A stretch of 64,000 nucleotides of DNA from the human T2T-CHM13v2.0 reference genome, Homo sapiens. The notes below the pieces were generated by a model, which saw only the letters and a list, made by a program, of their open reading frames with translations, had not been told where the DNA came from and did not search any database. Each line of letters starts with the position of its first letter. Position 1 is the stretch's first letter. The translations under genes were made by a program, and so were the position numbers. The stretch lies in assembly GCF_009914755.1 (NCBI RefSeq), contig NC_060948.1, one strand, 5' to 3'. This document shows, piece by piece, positions 24,401 through 39,400 of this stretch.

Positions 24401-27400
24401 TCAAATGGAATTGAATCGAATGGAATCGAATGGATTGTAAAGGAATAGAATGGAATGGAATGGAATTGACTCAAATGGAATGGACTAGAATGGAATGGAT
24501 TCGAATGGAAGGCAAAGGAATGGAATCTATTGGAATGGACTGTAATGGAATGGAATGGAAGGGATTGGAATGGACTCGAATGGAATGGACTGCAATAGAA
24601 AGGATTCGAATGGAATGAAAAAGAATTGAATGGAATAGAACAGAATGGAATCAAATCGAATGAAATGGAATGGAATAGAAAGGAATGGAATGAAATGGAA
24701 TGGAAAGGATTCGAATGGAATGCAATCGAATGGAATGGAATCGAACGGAATGGAATAAAATGGAAGAAAACTGGCAAGAAATGGAATCGAAATGAATGGA
24801 GTGTTATGGAACGGACTCAAAAGGAATTGAATGTAATAGAATGGAGTGGAGTGGACTCGAATATAATGGACTGGAATGGAATGAAATCACATGGAATGGG
24901 AACGAATGGAATGGAATGGAAAGGAATGGAATCGAATGGAAAGGAATCGAATGGAAGGGAATGAAATTGAATCAACAGGAATGGAAGGGAATAGAATAGA
25001 CGGTAATGGAATGGACTCGAATAGAATGGACACGAATGCTCAAATTGAATGGATTCGAATGGAATGGAAACGAAAGGAATGTCATCGAATGGAATTGAAT
25101 CGATTGGAATGAAATCGCATAGAATGGAGTGGAATCAAATGGAATTGAATCGAAAGGAAAGGAAGCGAATGGACTGAAATGAAATGGAATGGAATTGAAT
25201 GGAAAGTAATGCAATGGAATAGAATGGAACGAAATTTCACGGAATGGAATCAAACTGAATGGAATCAAATCAATGGAATCTAATCAAATGGAATGGAAAG
25301 GAATTGAATGGAGTAGATTGGATTGGATGGGATTGGAATGAAATGTACTGGAAAGGACTCGAATTTCATGAAACGGAATGGAATGAATTGGAACGGAATG
25401 GACTCGAATGGAATGGAATGTCATGGAATGGCATCGAATGGAATGGCATCAAATGGAATGGAATCGAATGCAATGGAATGTTATGGAATGGAATGGAATG
25501 CATTGGAATGGAATGTCCTCTAATGGAATGGATTCGAGTGGAATGGAATCGAATATAATGGAGTCGAATGAAATGGAATTGAAAGGAATGGGATCGAATA
25601 GAATGGAATATACTGGAATGTAATGTAATGAACACGAATGTAATTGACTGGAATGGAATGTACATGAATGGAAGGTAATCGAATGGAAAGTAATCCAATG
25701 GAATAGAATCTAATGCAATAAAACCGAATCAGATAGAGTAGAATGTAATGGAATGGAGTGCAGTGCAATGGAATGGAATGGAATTGAATGCAATGGAATG
25801 GAATGGAATGGAATGGAATGGAATGGAATGGTATGGAATGGATAGTAATGGACTGGAGTGAAATGGACTGGAGTGAAATGGACTGGAAAGGAATGGACTC
25901 AAATTGAAAGGGCTCGAAAGGAATGGAGTCAAATGGAATGGTCTGGAATGGAATGAACACGAATGTAATGCAATCCAATAGAATGGAATCGAATGGCATG
26001 GAATATAAAGAAATGGAATCGAAGAGAATGGAAACAAATGGAATGGAATTGAATGGAATGGAATTGAATGGAATGGGAACGAATGGAGTGAAATTGTATG
26101 CAGTAGAAGGGAATAGAATGGAATGCAAGCGAAAGGAAAGGAATGGATTGGAATGGAATGGAATTCATTGGAATGGAAGGGAATGTAGTGTAATGGACAG
26201 GCCTGGAATAAAGTGGAATGCTACGGTCTCGAATGGAATAAAAATGTATGGAATGGAATGCAATGAAACGGAATCGAATGTCATAGAATGTAATGGAATG
26301 CAACAAAATGGAATCCAAAATCATTGACTGGAAAGGCTGGGTGTCGAAAGGAATTGACTCCAATGGAATGGAATAGAATGGAATGGAAGTGAATAGAATC
26401 GAACTAAATCGAATGGAATGGAATTGATAGGAACGGAATGGAAAGGAATGCAATGATTTGGCATGGAATGGAATCGAATGGCATCGAATGGAATGGAATG
26501 GAATGCAATGGAATGGAATGTATTAGAATGTAATGAACTTTAATGGAATGTACTCGAATGGATTCGACTGGAATGGAATGTTCTGGAAGTGAATGGACTC
26601 CAATGGAATGGATTCAAAAGGAATGGAATCGTACGGAATGGAATCTAATGGAATGGAATTAAATGGAAATGAATCAAATTGAATAGCACGGAATTGAATT
26701 GAATGGAATGGAATGCAATGGAATCTAATGAAACGGAAAGGAAAGGAATGGAATGGAATGGAATGGGCTGGAATGGAAAGGAATCGAAACGAATGGAATG
26801 GAATCGAACTGAAGAGACTGGAATGGAATGCACTGGAATGGAAGGGAGTGTAATGGAAGGTTCTCGAAAAAAATGGAATCGAATGGAATGGAATTGAATG
26901 GAACGGAATAGAGTCGAATGGAATTGAATGGAATGGAATGGACTAGAGTGAAATGGAATCGAACCACAAGGAATGGACAGGAATAGAATGGTCTCGAATT
27001 GAATGGAATCGTATGGAATGGCATCAAACGGAATGGAATGGACAGCCACGGAATGGAATGCACTCGAATGCAATGGAGTCGAAACTAATGGACTGGAATA
27101 GAATGGACTCGACTGGTACGGACTCCAATGGAATGGAATCGAATGGAAGGGAATCGAACGGAATGGACTCGAAGGGAAAAGACTGCAATGGAAAGGTCTC
27201 GAATGGAATGGAAATTAATGGAATGGAATGGAATCGAATGAAATGGAGTCAAAAGGAATGGAATCGAATGGCAAGAAATCGAATGTAATGGAATCGCAAG
27301 GAATTGATGTGAACGGAACGGAATGGAATGGAATCCAAAGGAATGGAATAGAATGGAATGGAATCGAATGGAAAGGACTCGAATGGAAATCACTCGAATA

Positions 27401-30400
27401 GAATGCAATTTAATAAAATAGGATCAAATGTAATGGAATGGAATGGAAAGGAATCGAAACGAAAGGAATGGAGACAGATGGAATGGAATGGAACAGAGAG
27501 CAATGGTATAGAATGGAATGGAATCATCTGGAATGGAATTGAATGGAATGGAATAATATGAAATGGAATGGAATGGAATGGAATGGAATGGAATGCCCTT
27601 GAATTAAATGGACTGGAATGGAATGGACTCGAACAGAGTGGAATGGAAAGTGTTCAGATAGAATGGAATGGACTCCTTTGGAATGGTCTAGTATGCAATG
27701 CAATCGACTGTCAGGGAATCAAAAGGAATGTAATCGAATGGATTGGACTGGAATGCAATGGACTCGAATAGATTGGAAACGGAATGCAAAGGAATGGAAT
27801 GGAATAGTATGGAATGGAATGGAAAGGAATGGAGTGGAATAGACTAGAGTGGAATGGAATGGACTGGAAAGCAATGGACTGGAATGGAACTTTCTTGAAT
27901 GGACTGGAATCAAACGGAATGGAATGCAATGCAATCAAATGGCATGGAATAAAATAGAATGAAAGAGAATCAAATGGAATTGAATCGAATGGAATCGAAT
28001 GGATTGTAAAGGAATAGAATGGAATGGAATGGAATTGACTCAAATGGAATGGACTAGAATGGAATGGATTCGAATGGAAGGCAAAGGAATGGAATCTATT
28101 GGAATGGACTGTAATGGAATGGAATGGAAGGGATTGGAATGGACTCGAATGGAATGGACTGCAATAGAAAGGATTCGAATGGAATGAAAAAGAATTGAAT
28201 GGAATAGAACAGAATGGAATCAAATCGAATGAAATGGAATGGAATAGAAAGGAATGGAATGAAATGGAATGGAAAGGATTCGAATGGAATGCAATCGAAT
28301 GGAATGGAATCGAACGGAATGGAATAAAATGGAAGAAAACTGGCAAGAAATGGAATCGAAATGAATGGAGTGTTATGGAACGGACTCAAAAGGAATTGAA
28401 TGTAATAGAATGGAGTGGAGTGGACTCGAATATAATGGACTGGAATGGAATGAAATCACATGGAATGGGAACGAATGGAATGGAATGGAAAGGAATGGAA
28501 TCGAATGGAAAGGAATCGAATGGAAGGGAATGAAATTGAATCAACAGGAATGGAAGGGAATAGAATAGACGGTAATGGAATGGACTCGAATAGAATGGAC
28601 ACGAATGCTCAAATTGAATGGATTCGAATGGAATGGAAACGAAAGGAATGTCATCGAATGGAATTGAATCGATTGGAATGAAATCGCATAGAATGGAGTG
28701 GAATCAAATGGAATTGAATCGAAAGGAAAGGAAGCGAATGGACTGAAATGAAATGGAATGGAATTGAATGGAAAGTAATGCAATGGAATAGAATGGAACG
28801 AAATTTCACGGAATGGAATCAAACTGAATGGAATCAAATCAATGGAATCTAATCAAATGGAATGGAAAGGAATTGAATGGAGTAGATTGGATTGGATGGG
28901 ATTGGAATGAAATGTACTGGAAAGGACTCGAATTTCATGAAACGGAATGGAATGAATTGGAACGGAATGGACTCGAATGGAATGGAATGTCATGGAATGG
29001 CATCGAATGGAATGGCATCAAATGGAATGGAATCGAATGCAATGGAATGTTATGGAATGGAATGGAATGCATTGGAATGGAATGTCCTCTAATGGAATGG
29101 ATTCGAGTGGAATGGAATCGAATATAATGGAGTCGAATGAAATGGAATTGAAAGGAATGGGATCGAATAGAATGGAATATACTGGAATGTAATGTAATGA
29201 ACACGAATGTAATTGACTGGAATGGAATGTACATGAATGGAAGGTAATCGAATGGAAAGTAATCCAATGGAATAGAATCTAATGCAATAAAACCGAATCA
29301 GATAGAGTAGAATGTAATGGAATGGAGTGCAGTGCAATGGAATGGAATGGAATTGAATGCAATGGAATGGAATGGAATGGAATGGAATGGAATGGAATGG
29401 TATGGAATGGATAGTAATGGACTGGAGTGAAATGGACTGGAAAGGAATGGACTCAAATTGAAAGGGCTCGAAAGGAATGGAGTCAAATGGAATGGTCTGG
29501 AATGGAATGAACACGAATGTAATGCAATCCAATAGAATGGAATCGAATGGCATGGAATATAAAGAAATGGAATCGAAGAGAATGGAAACAAATGGAATGG
29601 AATTGAATGGAATGGAATTGAATGGAATGGGAACGAATGGAGTGAAATTGTATGAAGTAGAAGGGAATAGAATGGAATGCAAGCGAAAGGAAAGGAATGG
29701 ATTGGAATGGAATGGAATTCATTGGAATGGAAGGGAATGTAGTGTAATGGACAGGCCTGGAATAAAGTGGAATGCTACGGTCTCGAATGGAATAAAAATG
29801 TATGGAATGGAATGCAATGAAACGGAATCGAATGTCATAGAATGTAATGGAATGCAACAAAATGGAATCCAAAATCATTGACTGGAAAGGCTGGGTGTCG
29901 AAAGGAATTGACTCCAATGGAATGGAATCGAATGGAATGGAAGTGAATAGAATCGAACTAAATCGAATGGAATGGAATTGACAGGAACGGAATGGAAAGG
30001 AATGCAATGATTTGGCATGGAATGGAATCGAATGGCATCGAATGGAATGGAATGGAATGCAATGGAATGGAATGTATTAGAATGTAATGAACTTTAATGG
30101 AATGTACTCGAATGGATTCGACTGGAATGGAATGTTCTGGAAGTGAATGGACTCCAATGGAATGGATTCAAAAGGAATGGAATCGTACGGAATGGAATCT
30201 AATGGAATGGAATTAAATGGAAATGAATCAAATTGAATAGCACGGAATTGAATTGAATGGAATGGAATGCAATGGAATCTAATGAAACGGAAAGGAAAGG
30301 AATGGAATGGAATGGAATGGGCTGGAATGGAAAGGAATCGAAACGAATGGAATGGAATCGAACTGAAGAGACTGGAATGGAATGCACTGGAATGGAAGGG

Positions 30401-33400
30401 AGTGTAATGGAAGGTTCTCGAAAATAATGGAATCGAATGGAATGGAATTGAATGGAACGGAATAGAGTCGAATGGAATTGAATGGAATGGAATGGACTAG
30501 AGTGAAATGGAATCGAACCACAAGGAATGGACAGGAATAGAATGGTCTCGAATTGAATGGAACCGTATGGAATGGCATCAAACGGAATGGAATGGACAGC
30601 CACGGAATGGAATGCACTCGAATGCAATGGAGTCGAAACTAATGGACTGGAATAGAATGGACTCGACTGGTACGGACTCCAATGGAATGGAATCGAATGG
30701 AAGGGAATCGAACGGAATGGACTCGAAGGGAAAAGACTGCAATGGAAAGGTCTCGAATGGAATGGAAATTAATGGAATGGAATGGAATCGAATGAAATGG
30801 AGTCAAAAGGAATGGAATCGAATGGCAAGAAATCGAATGTAATGGAATCGCAAGGAATTGATGTGAACGGAACGGAATGGAATGGAATCCAAAGGAATGG
30901 AATAGAATGGAATGGAATCGAATGGAAAGGACTCGAATGGAAATCACTCGAATAGAATGCAATTTAATAAAATAGGATCAAATGTAATGGAATGGAATGG
31001 AAAGGAATCGAAACGAAAGGAATGGAGACAGATGGAATGGAATGGAACAGAGAGCAATGGTATAGAATGGAATGGAATCATCTGGAATGGAATTGAATGG
31101 AATGGAATAATATGAAATGGAATGGAATGGAATGGAATGGAATGCCCTTGAATTAAATGGACTGGAATGGAATGGACTCGAACAGAGTGGAATGGAAAGT
31201 GTTGAGATAGAATGGAATGGACTCCTTTGGAATGGTCTAGTATGCAATGCAATCGACTGTCAGGGAATCAAAAGGAATGTAATCGAATGGATTAGACTGG
31301 AATGCAATGGAATCGAATAGATTGGAAACGGAATGCAAAGGAATGGAATGGAATAGTATGGAATGGAATGGAAAGGAATGGAGTGGAATAGACTAGAGTG
31401 GAATGGAATGGACTGGAAAGCAATGGACTGGAATGGAACTTTCTTGGATGGACTGGAATCAAACGGAATGGAATGCAATGCAATCAAATGGCATGGAATA
31501 AAATAGAATGAAAGAGAATCAAATGGAATTGAATCGAATGGAATCGAATGGATTGTAAAGGAATAGAATGGAATGGAATGGAATTGACTCAAATGGAATG
31601 GACTAGAATGGAATGGATTCGAATGGAAGGCAAAGGAATGGAATCTATTGGAATGGACTGTAATGGAATGGAATGGAAGGGATTGGAATGGACTCGAATG
31701 GAATGGACTGCAATAGAAAGGATTCGAATGGAATGAAAAAGAATTGAATGGAATAGAACAGAATGGAATCAAATCGAATGAAATGGAATGGAATAGAAAG
31801 GAATGGAATGAAATGGAATGGAAAGGATTCGAGTGGAATGCAATCGAATGGAATGGAATCGAACGGAATGGAATAAAATGGAAGAAAACTGGCAAGAAAT
31901 GGAATCGAAATGAATGGAGTGTTATGGAACGGACTCAAAAGGAATTGAATGTAATAGAATGGAGTGGAGTGGACTCGAATATAATGGACTGGAATGGAAT
32001 GAAATCACATGGAATGGGAACGAATGGAATGGAATGGAAAGGAATGGAATCGAATGGAAAGGAATCGAATGGAAGGGAATGAAATTGAATCAACAGGAAT
32101 GGAAGGGAATAGAATAGACGGTAATGGAATGGACTCGAATAGAATGGACACGAATGCTCAAATTGAATGGATTCGAATGGAATGGAAACGAAAGGAATGT
32201 CATCGAATGGAATTGAATCGATTGGAATGAAATCGCATAGAATGGAGTGGAATCAAATGGAATTGAATCGAAAGGAAAGGAAGCGAATGGACTGAAATGA
32301 AATGGAATGGAATTGAATGGAAAGTAATGCAATGGAATAGAATGGAACGAAATTTCACGGAATGGAATCAAACTGAATGGAATCAAATCAATGGAATCTA
32401 ATCAAATGGAATGGAAAGGAATTGAATGGAGTAGATTGGATTGGATGGGATTGGAATGAAATGTACTGGAAAGGACTCGAATTTCATGAAACGGAATGGA
32501 ATGAATTGGAACGGAATGGACTCGAATGGAATGGAATGTCATGGAATGGCATCGAATGGAATGGCATCAAATGGAATGGAATCGAATGCAATGGAATGTT
32601 ATGGAATGGAATGGAATGCATTGGAATGGAATGTCCTCTAATGGAATGGATTCGAGTGGAATGGAATCGAATATAATGGAGTCGAATGAAATGGAATTGA
32701 AAGGAATGGGATCGAATAGAATGGAATATACTGGAATGTAATGTAATGAACACGAATGTAATTGACTGGAATGGAATGTACATGAATGGAAGGTAATCGA
32801 ATGGAAAGTAATCCAATGGAATAGAATCTAATGCAATAAAACCGAATCAGATAGAGTAGAATGTAATGGAATGGAGTGCAGTGCAATGGAATGGAATGGA
32901 ATTGAATGCAATGGAATGGAATGGAATGGAATGGAATGGAATGGAATGGAATGGAATGGAATGGTATGGAATGGATAGTAATGGACTGGAGTGAAATGGA
33001 CTGGAAAGGAATGGACTCAAATTGAAAGGGCTCGAAAGGAATGGAGTCAAATGGAATGGTCTGGAATGGAATGAACACGAATGTAATGCAATCCAATAGA
33101 ATGGAATCGAATGGCATGGAATATAAAGAAATGGAATCGAAGAGAATGGAAACAAATGGAATGGAATTGAATGGAATGGAATTGAATGGAATGGGAACGA
33201 ATGGAGTGAAATTGTATGCAGTAGAAGGGAATAGAATGGAATGCAAGCGAAAGGAAAGGAATGGATTGGAATGGAATGGAATTCATTGGAATGGAAGGGA
33301 ATGTAGTGTAATGGACAGGCCTGGAATAAAGTGGAATGCTACGGTCTCGAATGGAATAAAAATGTATGGAATGGAATGCAATGAAACGGAATCGAATGTC

Positions 33401-36400
33401 ATAGAATGTAATGGAATGCAACAAAATGGAATCCAAAATCATTGACTGGAAAGGCTGGGTGTCGAAAGGAATTGACTCCAATGGAATGGAATCGAATGGA
33501 ATAGAAGTGAATAGAATCGAACTAAATCGAATGGAATGGAATTGATAGGAACGGAATGGAAAGGAATGCAATGATTTGGCATGGAATGGAATCGAATGGC
33601 ATCGAATGGAATGGAATGGAATGCAATGGAATGGAATGTATTAGAATGTAATGAACTTTAATGGAATGTACTCGAATGGATTCGACTGAATGGAATGTTC
33701 TGGAAGTGAATGGACTCCAATGGAATGGATTCAAAAGGAATGGAATCGTACGGAATGGAATCTAATGGAATGGAATTAAATGGAAATGAATCAAATTGAA
33801 TAGCACGGAATTGAATTGAATGGAATGGAATGCAATGGAATCTAATGAAACGGAAAGGAAAGGAATGGAATGGAATGGAATGGGCTGGAATGGAAAGGAA
33901 TCGAAACGAATGGAATGGAATCGAACTGAAGAGACTGGAATGGAATGCACTGGAATGGAAGGGAGTGTAATGGAAGGTTCTCGAAAAAAATGGAATCGAA
34001 TGGAATGGAATTGAATGGAACGGAATAGAGTCGAATGGAATTGAATGGAATGGAATGGACTAGAGTGAAATGGAATCGAACCACAAGGAATGGACAGGAA
34101 TAGAATGGTCTCGAATTGAATGGAATCGTATGGAATGGCATCAAACGGAATGGAATGGACAGCCACGGAATGGAATGCACTCGAATGCAATGGAGTCGAA
34201 ACTAATGGACTGGAATAGAATGGACTCGACTGGTACGGACTCCAATGGAATGGAATCGAATGGAAGGGAATCGAACGGAATGGACTCGAAGGGAAAAGAC
34301 TGCAATGGAAAGGTCTCGAATGGAATGGAAATTAATGGAATGGAATGGAATCGAATGAAATGGAGTCAAAAGGAATGGAATCGAATGGCAAGAAATCGAA
34401 TGTAATGGAATCGCAAGGAATTGATGTGAACGGAACGGAATGGAATGGAATCCAAAGGAATGGAATAGAATGGAATGGAATCGAATGGAAAGGACTCGAA
34501 TGGAAATCACTCGAATAGAATGCAATTTAATAAAATAGGATCAAATGTAATGGAATGGAATGGAAAGGAATCGAAACGAAAGGAATGGAGACAGATGGAA
34601 TGGAATGGAACAGAGAGCAATGGTATAGAATGGAATGGAATCATCTGGAATGGAATTGAATGGAATGGAATAATATGAAATGGAATGGAATGGAATGGAA
34701 TGGAATGCCCTTGAATTAAATGGACTGGAATGGAATGAACTCGAACAGAGTGGAATGGAAAGTGTTGAGATAGAATGGAATGGACTCCTTTGGAATGGTC
34801 TAGTATGCAATGCAATCGACTGTCAGGGAATCAAAAGGAATGTAATCGAATGGATTGGACTGGAATGCAATGGACTCGAATAGATTGGAAACGGAATGCA
34901 AAGGAATGGAATGGAATAGTATGGAATGGAATGGAAAGGAATGGAGTGGAATAGACTAGAGTGGAATGGAATGGACTGGAAAGCAATGGACTGGAATGGA
35001 ACTTTCTTGGATGGACTGGAATCAAACGGAATGGAATACAATGCAATCAAATGGCATGGAATAAAATAGAATGAAAGAGAATCAAATGGAATTGAATCGA
35101 ATGGAATCGAATGGATTGTAAAGGAATAGAATGGAATGGAATGGAATTGACTCAAATGGAATGGACTAGAATGGAATGGATTCGAATGGAAGGCAAAGGA
35201 ATGGAATCTATTGGAATGGACTGTAATGGAATGGAATGGAAGGGATTGGAATGGACTCGAATGGAATGGACTGCAATAGAAAGGATTCGAATGGAATGAA
35301 AAAGAATTGAATGGAATAGAACAGAATGGAATCAAATCGAATGAAATGGAATGGAATAGAAAGGAATGGAATGAAATGGAATGGAAAGGATTCGAATGGA
35401 ATGCAATCGAATGGAATGGAATCGAACGGAATGGAATAAAATGGAAGAAAACTGGCAAGAAATGGAATCGAAATGAATGGAGTGTTATGGAACGGACTCA
35501 AAAGGAATTGAATGTAATAGAATGGAGTGGAGTGGACTCGAATATAATGGACTGGAATGGAATGAAATCACATGGAATGGGAACGAATGGAATGGAATGG
35601 AAAGGAATGGAATCGAATGGAAAGGAATCGAATGGAAGGGAATGAAATTGAATCAACAGGAATGGAAGGGAATAGAATAGACGGTAATGGAATGGACTCG
35701 AATAGAATGGACACGAATGCTCAAATTGAATGGATTCGAATGGAATGGAAACGAAAGGAATGTCATCGAATGGAATTGAATCGATTGGAATGAAATCGCA
35801 TAGAATGGAGTGGAATCAAATGGAATTGAATCGAAAGGAAAGGAAGCGAATGGACTGAAATGAAATGGAATGGAATTGAATGGAAAGTAATGCAATGGAA
35901 TAGAATGGAACGAAATTTCACGGAATGGAATCAAACTGAATGGAATCAAATCAATGGAATCTAATCAAATGGAATGGAAAGGAATTGAATGGAGTAGATT
36001 GGATTGGATGGGATTGGAATGAAATGTACTGGAAAGGACTCGAATTTCATGAAACGGAATGGAATGAATTGGAACGGAATGGACTCGAATGGAATGGAAT
36101 GTCATGGAATGGCATCGAATGGAATGGCATCAAATGGAATGGAATCGAATGCAATGGAATGTTATGGAATGGAATGGAATGCATTGGAATGGAATGTCCT
36201 CTAATGGAATGGATTCGAGTGGAATGGAATCGAATATAATGGAGTCGAATGAAATGGAATTGAAAGGAATGGGATCGAATAGAATGGAATATACTGGAAT
36301 GTAATGTAATGAACACGAATGTAATTGACTGGAATGGAATGTACATGAATGGAAGGTAATCGAATGGAAAGTAATCCAATGGAATAGAATCTAATGCAAT

Positions 36401-39400
36401 AAAACCGAATCAGATAGAGTAGAATGTAATGGAATGGAGTGCAGTGCAATGGAATGGAATGGAATTGAATGCAATGGAATGGAATGGAATGGAATGGAAT
36501 GGAATGGAATGGAATGGTATGGAATGGATAGTAATGGACTGGAGTGAAATGGACTGGAAAGGAATGGACTCAAATTGAAAGGGCTCGAAAGGAATGGAGT
36601 CAAATGGAATGGTCTGGAATGGAATGAACACGAATGTAATGCAATCCAATAGAATGGAATCGAATGGCATGGAATATAAAGAAATGGAATCGAAGAGAAT
36701 GGAAACAAATGGAATGGAATTGAATGGAATGGAATTGAATGGAATGGGAACGAATGGAGTGAAATTGTATGCAGTAGAAGAGAATAGAATGGAATGCAAG
36801 CGAAAGGAAAGGAATGGATTGGAATGGAATGGAATTCATTGGAATGGAAGGGAATGTAGTGTAATGGACAGGCCTGGAATAAAGTGGAATGCTACGGTCT
36901 CGAATGGAATAAAAATGTATGGAATGGAATGCAATGAAACGGAATCGAATGTCATAGAATGTAATGGAATGCAACAAAATGGAATCCAAAATCATTGACT
37001 GGAAAGGCTGGGTGTCGAAAGGAATTGACTCCAATGGAATGGAATCGAATGGAATGGAAGTGAATAGAATCGAACTAAATCGAATGGAATGGAATTGATA
37101 GGAACGGAATGGAAAGGAATGCAATGATTTGGCATGGAATGGAATCGAATGGCATCGAATGGAATGGAATGGAATGCAATGGAATGGAATGTATTAGAAT
37201 GGAATGAACTTTAATGGAATGTACTCGAATGGATTCGACTGGAATGGAATGTTCTGGAAGTGAATGGACTCCAATGGAATGGATTCAAAAGGAATGGAAT
37301 CGTACGGAATGGAATCTAATGGAATGGAATTAAATGGAAATGAATCAAATTGAATAGCACGGAATTGAATTGAATGGAATGGAATGCAATGGAATCTAAT
37401 GAAACGGAAAGGAAAGGAATGGAATGGAATGGAATGGGCTGGAATGGAAAGGAATCGAAACGAATGGAATGGAATCGAACTGAAGAGACTGGAATGGAAT
37501 GCACTGGAATGGAAGGGAGTGTAATGGAAGGTTCTCGAAAAAAATGGAATCGAATGGAATGGAATTGAATGGAACGGAATAGAGTCGAATGGAATTGAAT
37601 GGAATGGAATGGACTAGAGTGAAATGGAATCGAACCACAAGGAATGGACAGGAATAGAATGGTCTCGAATTGAATGGAATCGTATGGAATGGCATCAAAC
37701 GGAATGGAATGGACAGCCACGGAATGGAATGCACTCGAATGCAATGGAGTCGAAACTAATGGACTGGAATAGAATGGACTCGACTGGTACGGACTCCAAT
37801 GGAATGGAATCGAATGGAAGGGAATCGAACGGAATGGACTCGAAGGGAAAAGACTGCAATGGAAAGGTCTCGAATGGAATGGAAATTAATGGAATGGAAT
37901 GGAATCGAATGAAATGGAGTCAAAAGGAATGGAATCGAATGGCAAGAAATCGAATGTAATGGAATCGCAAGGAATTGATGTGAACGGAACGGAATGGAAT
38001 GGAATCCAAAGGAATGGAATAGAATGGAATGGAATCGAATGGAAAGGACTCGAATGGAAATCACTCGAATAGAATGCAATTTAATAAAATAGGATCAAAT
38101 GTAATGGAATGGAATGGAAAGGAATCGAAACGAAAGGAATGGAGACAGATGGAATGGAATGGAACAGAGAGCAATGGTATAGAATGGAATGGAATAATCT
38201 GGAATGGAATTGAATGGAATGGAATAATATGAAATGGAATGGAATGGAATGGAATGGAATGCCCTTGAATTAAATGGACTGGAATGGAATGGACTCGAAC
38301 AGAGTGGAATGGAAAGTGTTGAGATAGAATGGAATGGACTCCTTTGGAATGGTCTAGTATGCAATGCAATCGACTGTCAGGGAATCAAAAGGAATGTAAT
38401 CGAATGGATTGGACTGGAATGCAATGGACTCGAATAGATTGGAAACGGGATGCAAAGGAATGGAATGGAATAGTATGGAATGGAATGGAAAGGAATGGAG
38501 TGGAATAGACTAGAGTGGAATGGAATGGACTGGAAAGCAATGGACTGGAATGGAACTTTCTTGAATGGACTGGAATCAAACGGAATGGAATGCAATGCAA
38601 TCAAATGGCATGGAATAAAATAGAATGAAAGAGAATCAAATGGAATTGAATCGAATGGAATCGAATGGATTGTAAAGGAATAGAATGGAATGGAATGGAA
38701 TTGACTCAAATGGAATGGACTAGAATGGAATGGATTCGAATGGAAGGCAAAGGAATGGAATCTATTGGAATGGACTGTAATGGAATGGAATGGAAGGGAT
38801 TGGAATGGACTCGAATGGAATGGACTGCAATAGAAAGGATTCGAATGGAATGAAAAAGAATTGAATGGAATAGAACAGAATGGAATCAAATCGAATGAAA
38901 TGGAATGGAATAGAAAGGAATGGAATGAAATGGAATGGAAAGGATTCGAATGGAATGCAATCGAATGGAATGGAATCGAACGGAATGGAATAAAATGGAA
39001 GAAAACTGGCAAGAAATGGAATCGAAATGAATGGAGTGTTATGGAACGGACTCAAAAGGAATTGAATGTAATAGAATGGAGTGGAGTGGACTCGAATATA
39101 ATGGACTGGAATGGAATGAAATCACATGGAATGGGAACGAATGGAATGGAATGGAAAGGAATGGAATCGAATGGAAAGGAATCGAATGGAAGGGAATGAA
39201 ATTGAATCAACAGGAATGGAAGGGAATAGAATAGACGGTAATGGAATGGACTCGAATAGAATGGACACGAATGCTCAAATTGAATGGATTCGAATGGAAT
39301 GGAAACGAAAGGAATGTCATCGAATGGAATTGAATCGATTGGAATGAAATCGCATAGAATGGAGTGGAATCAAATGGAATTGAATCGAAAGGAAAGGAAG

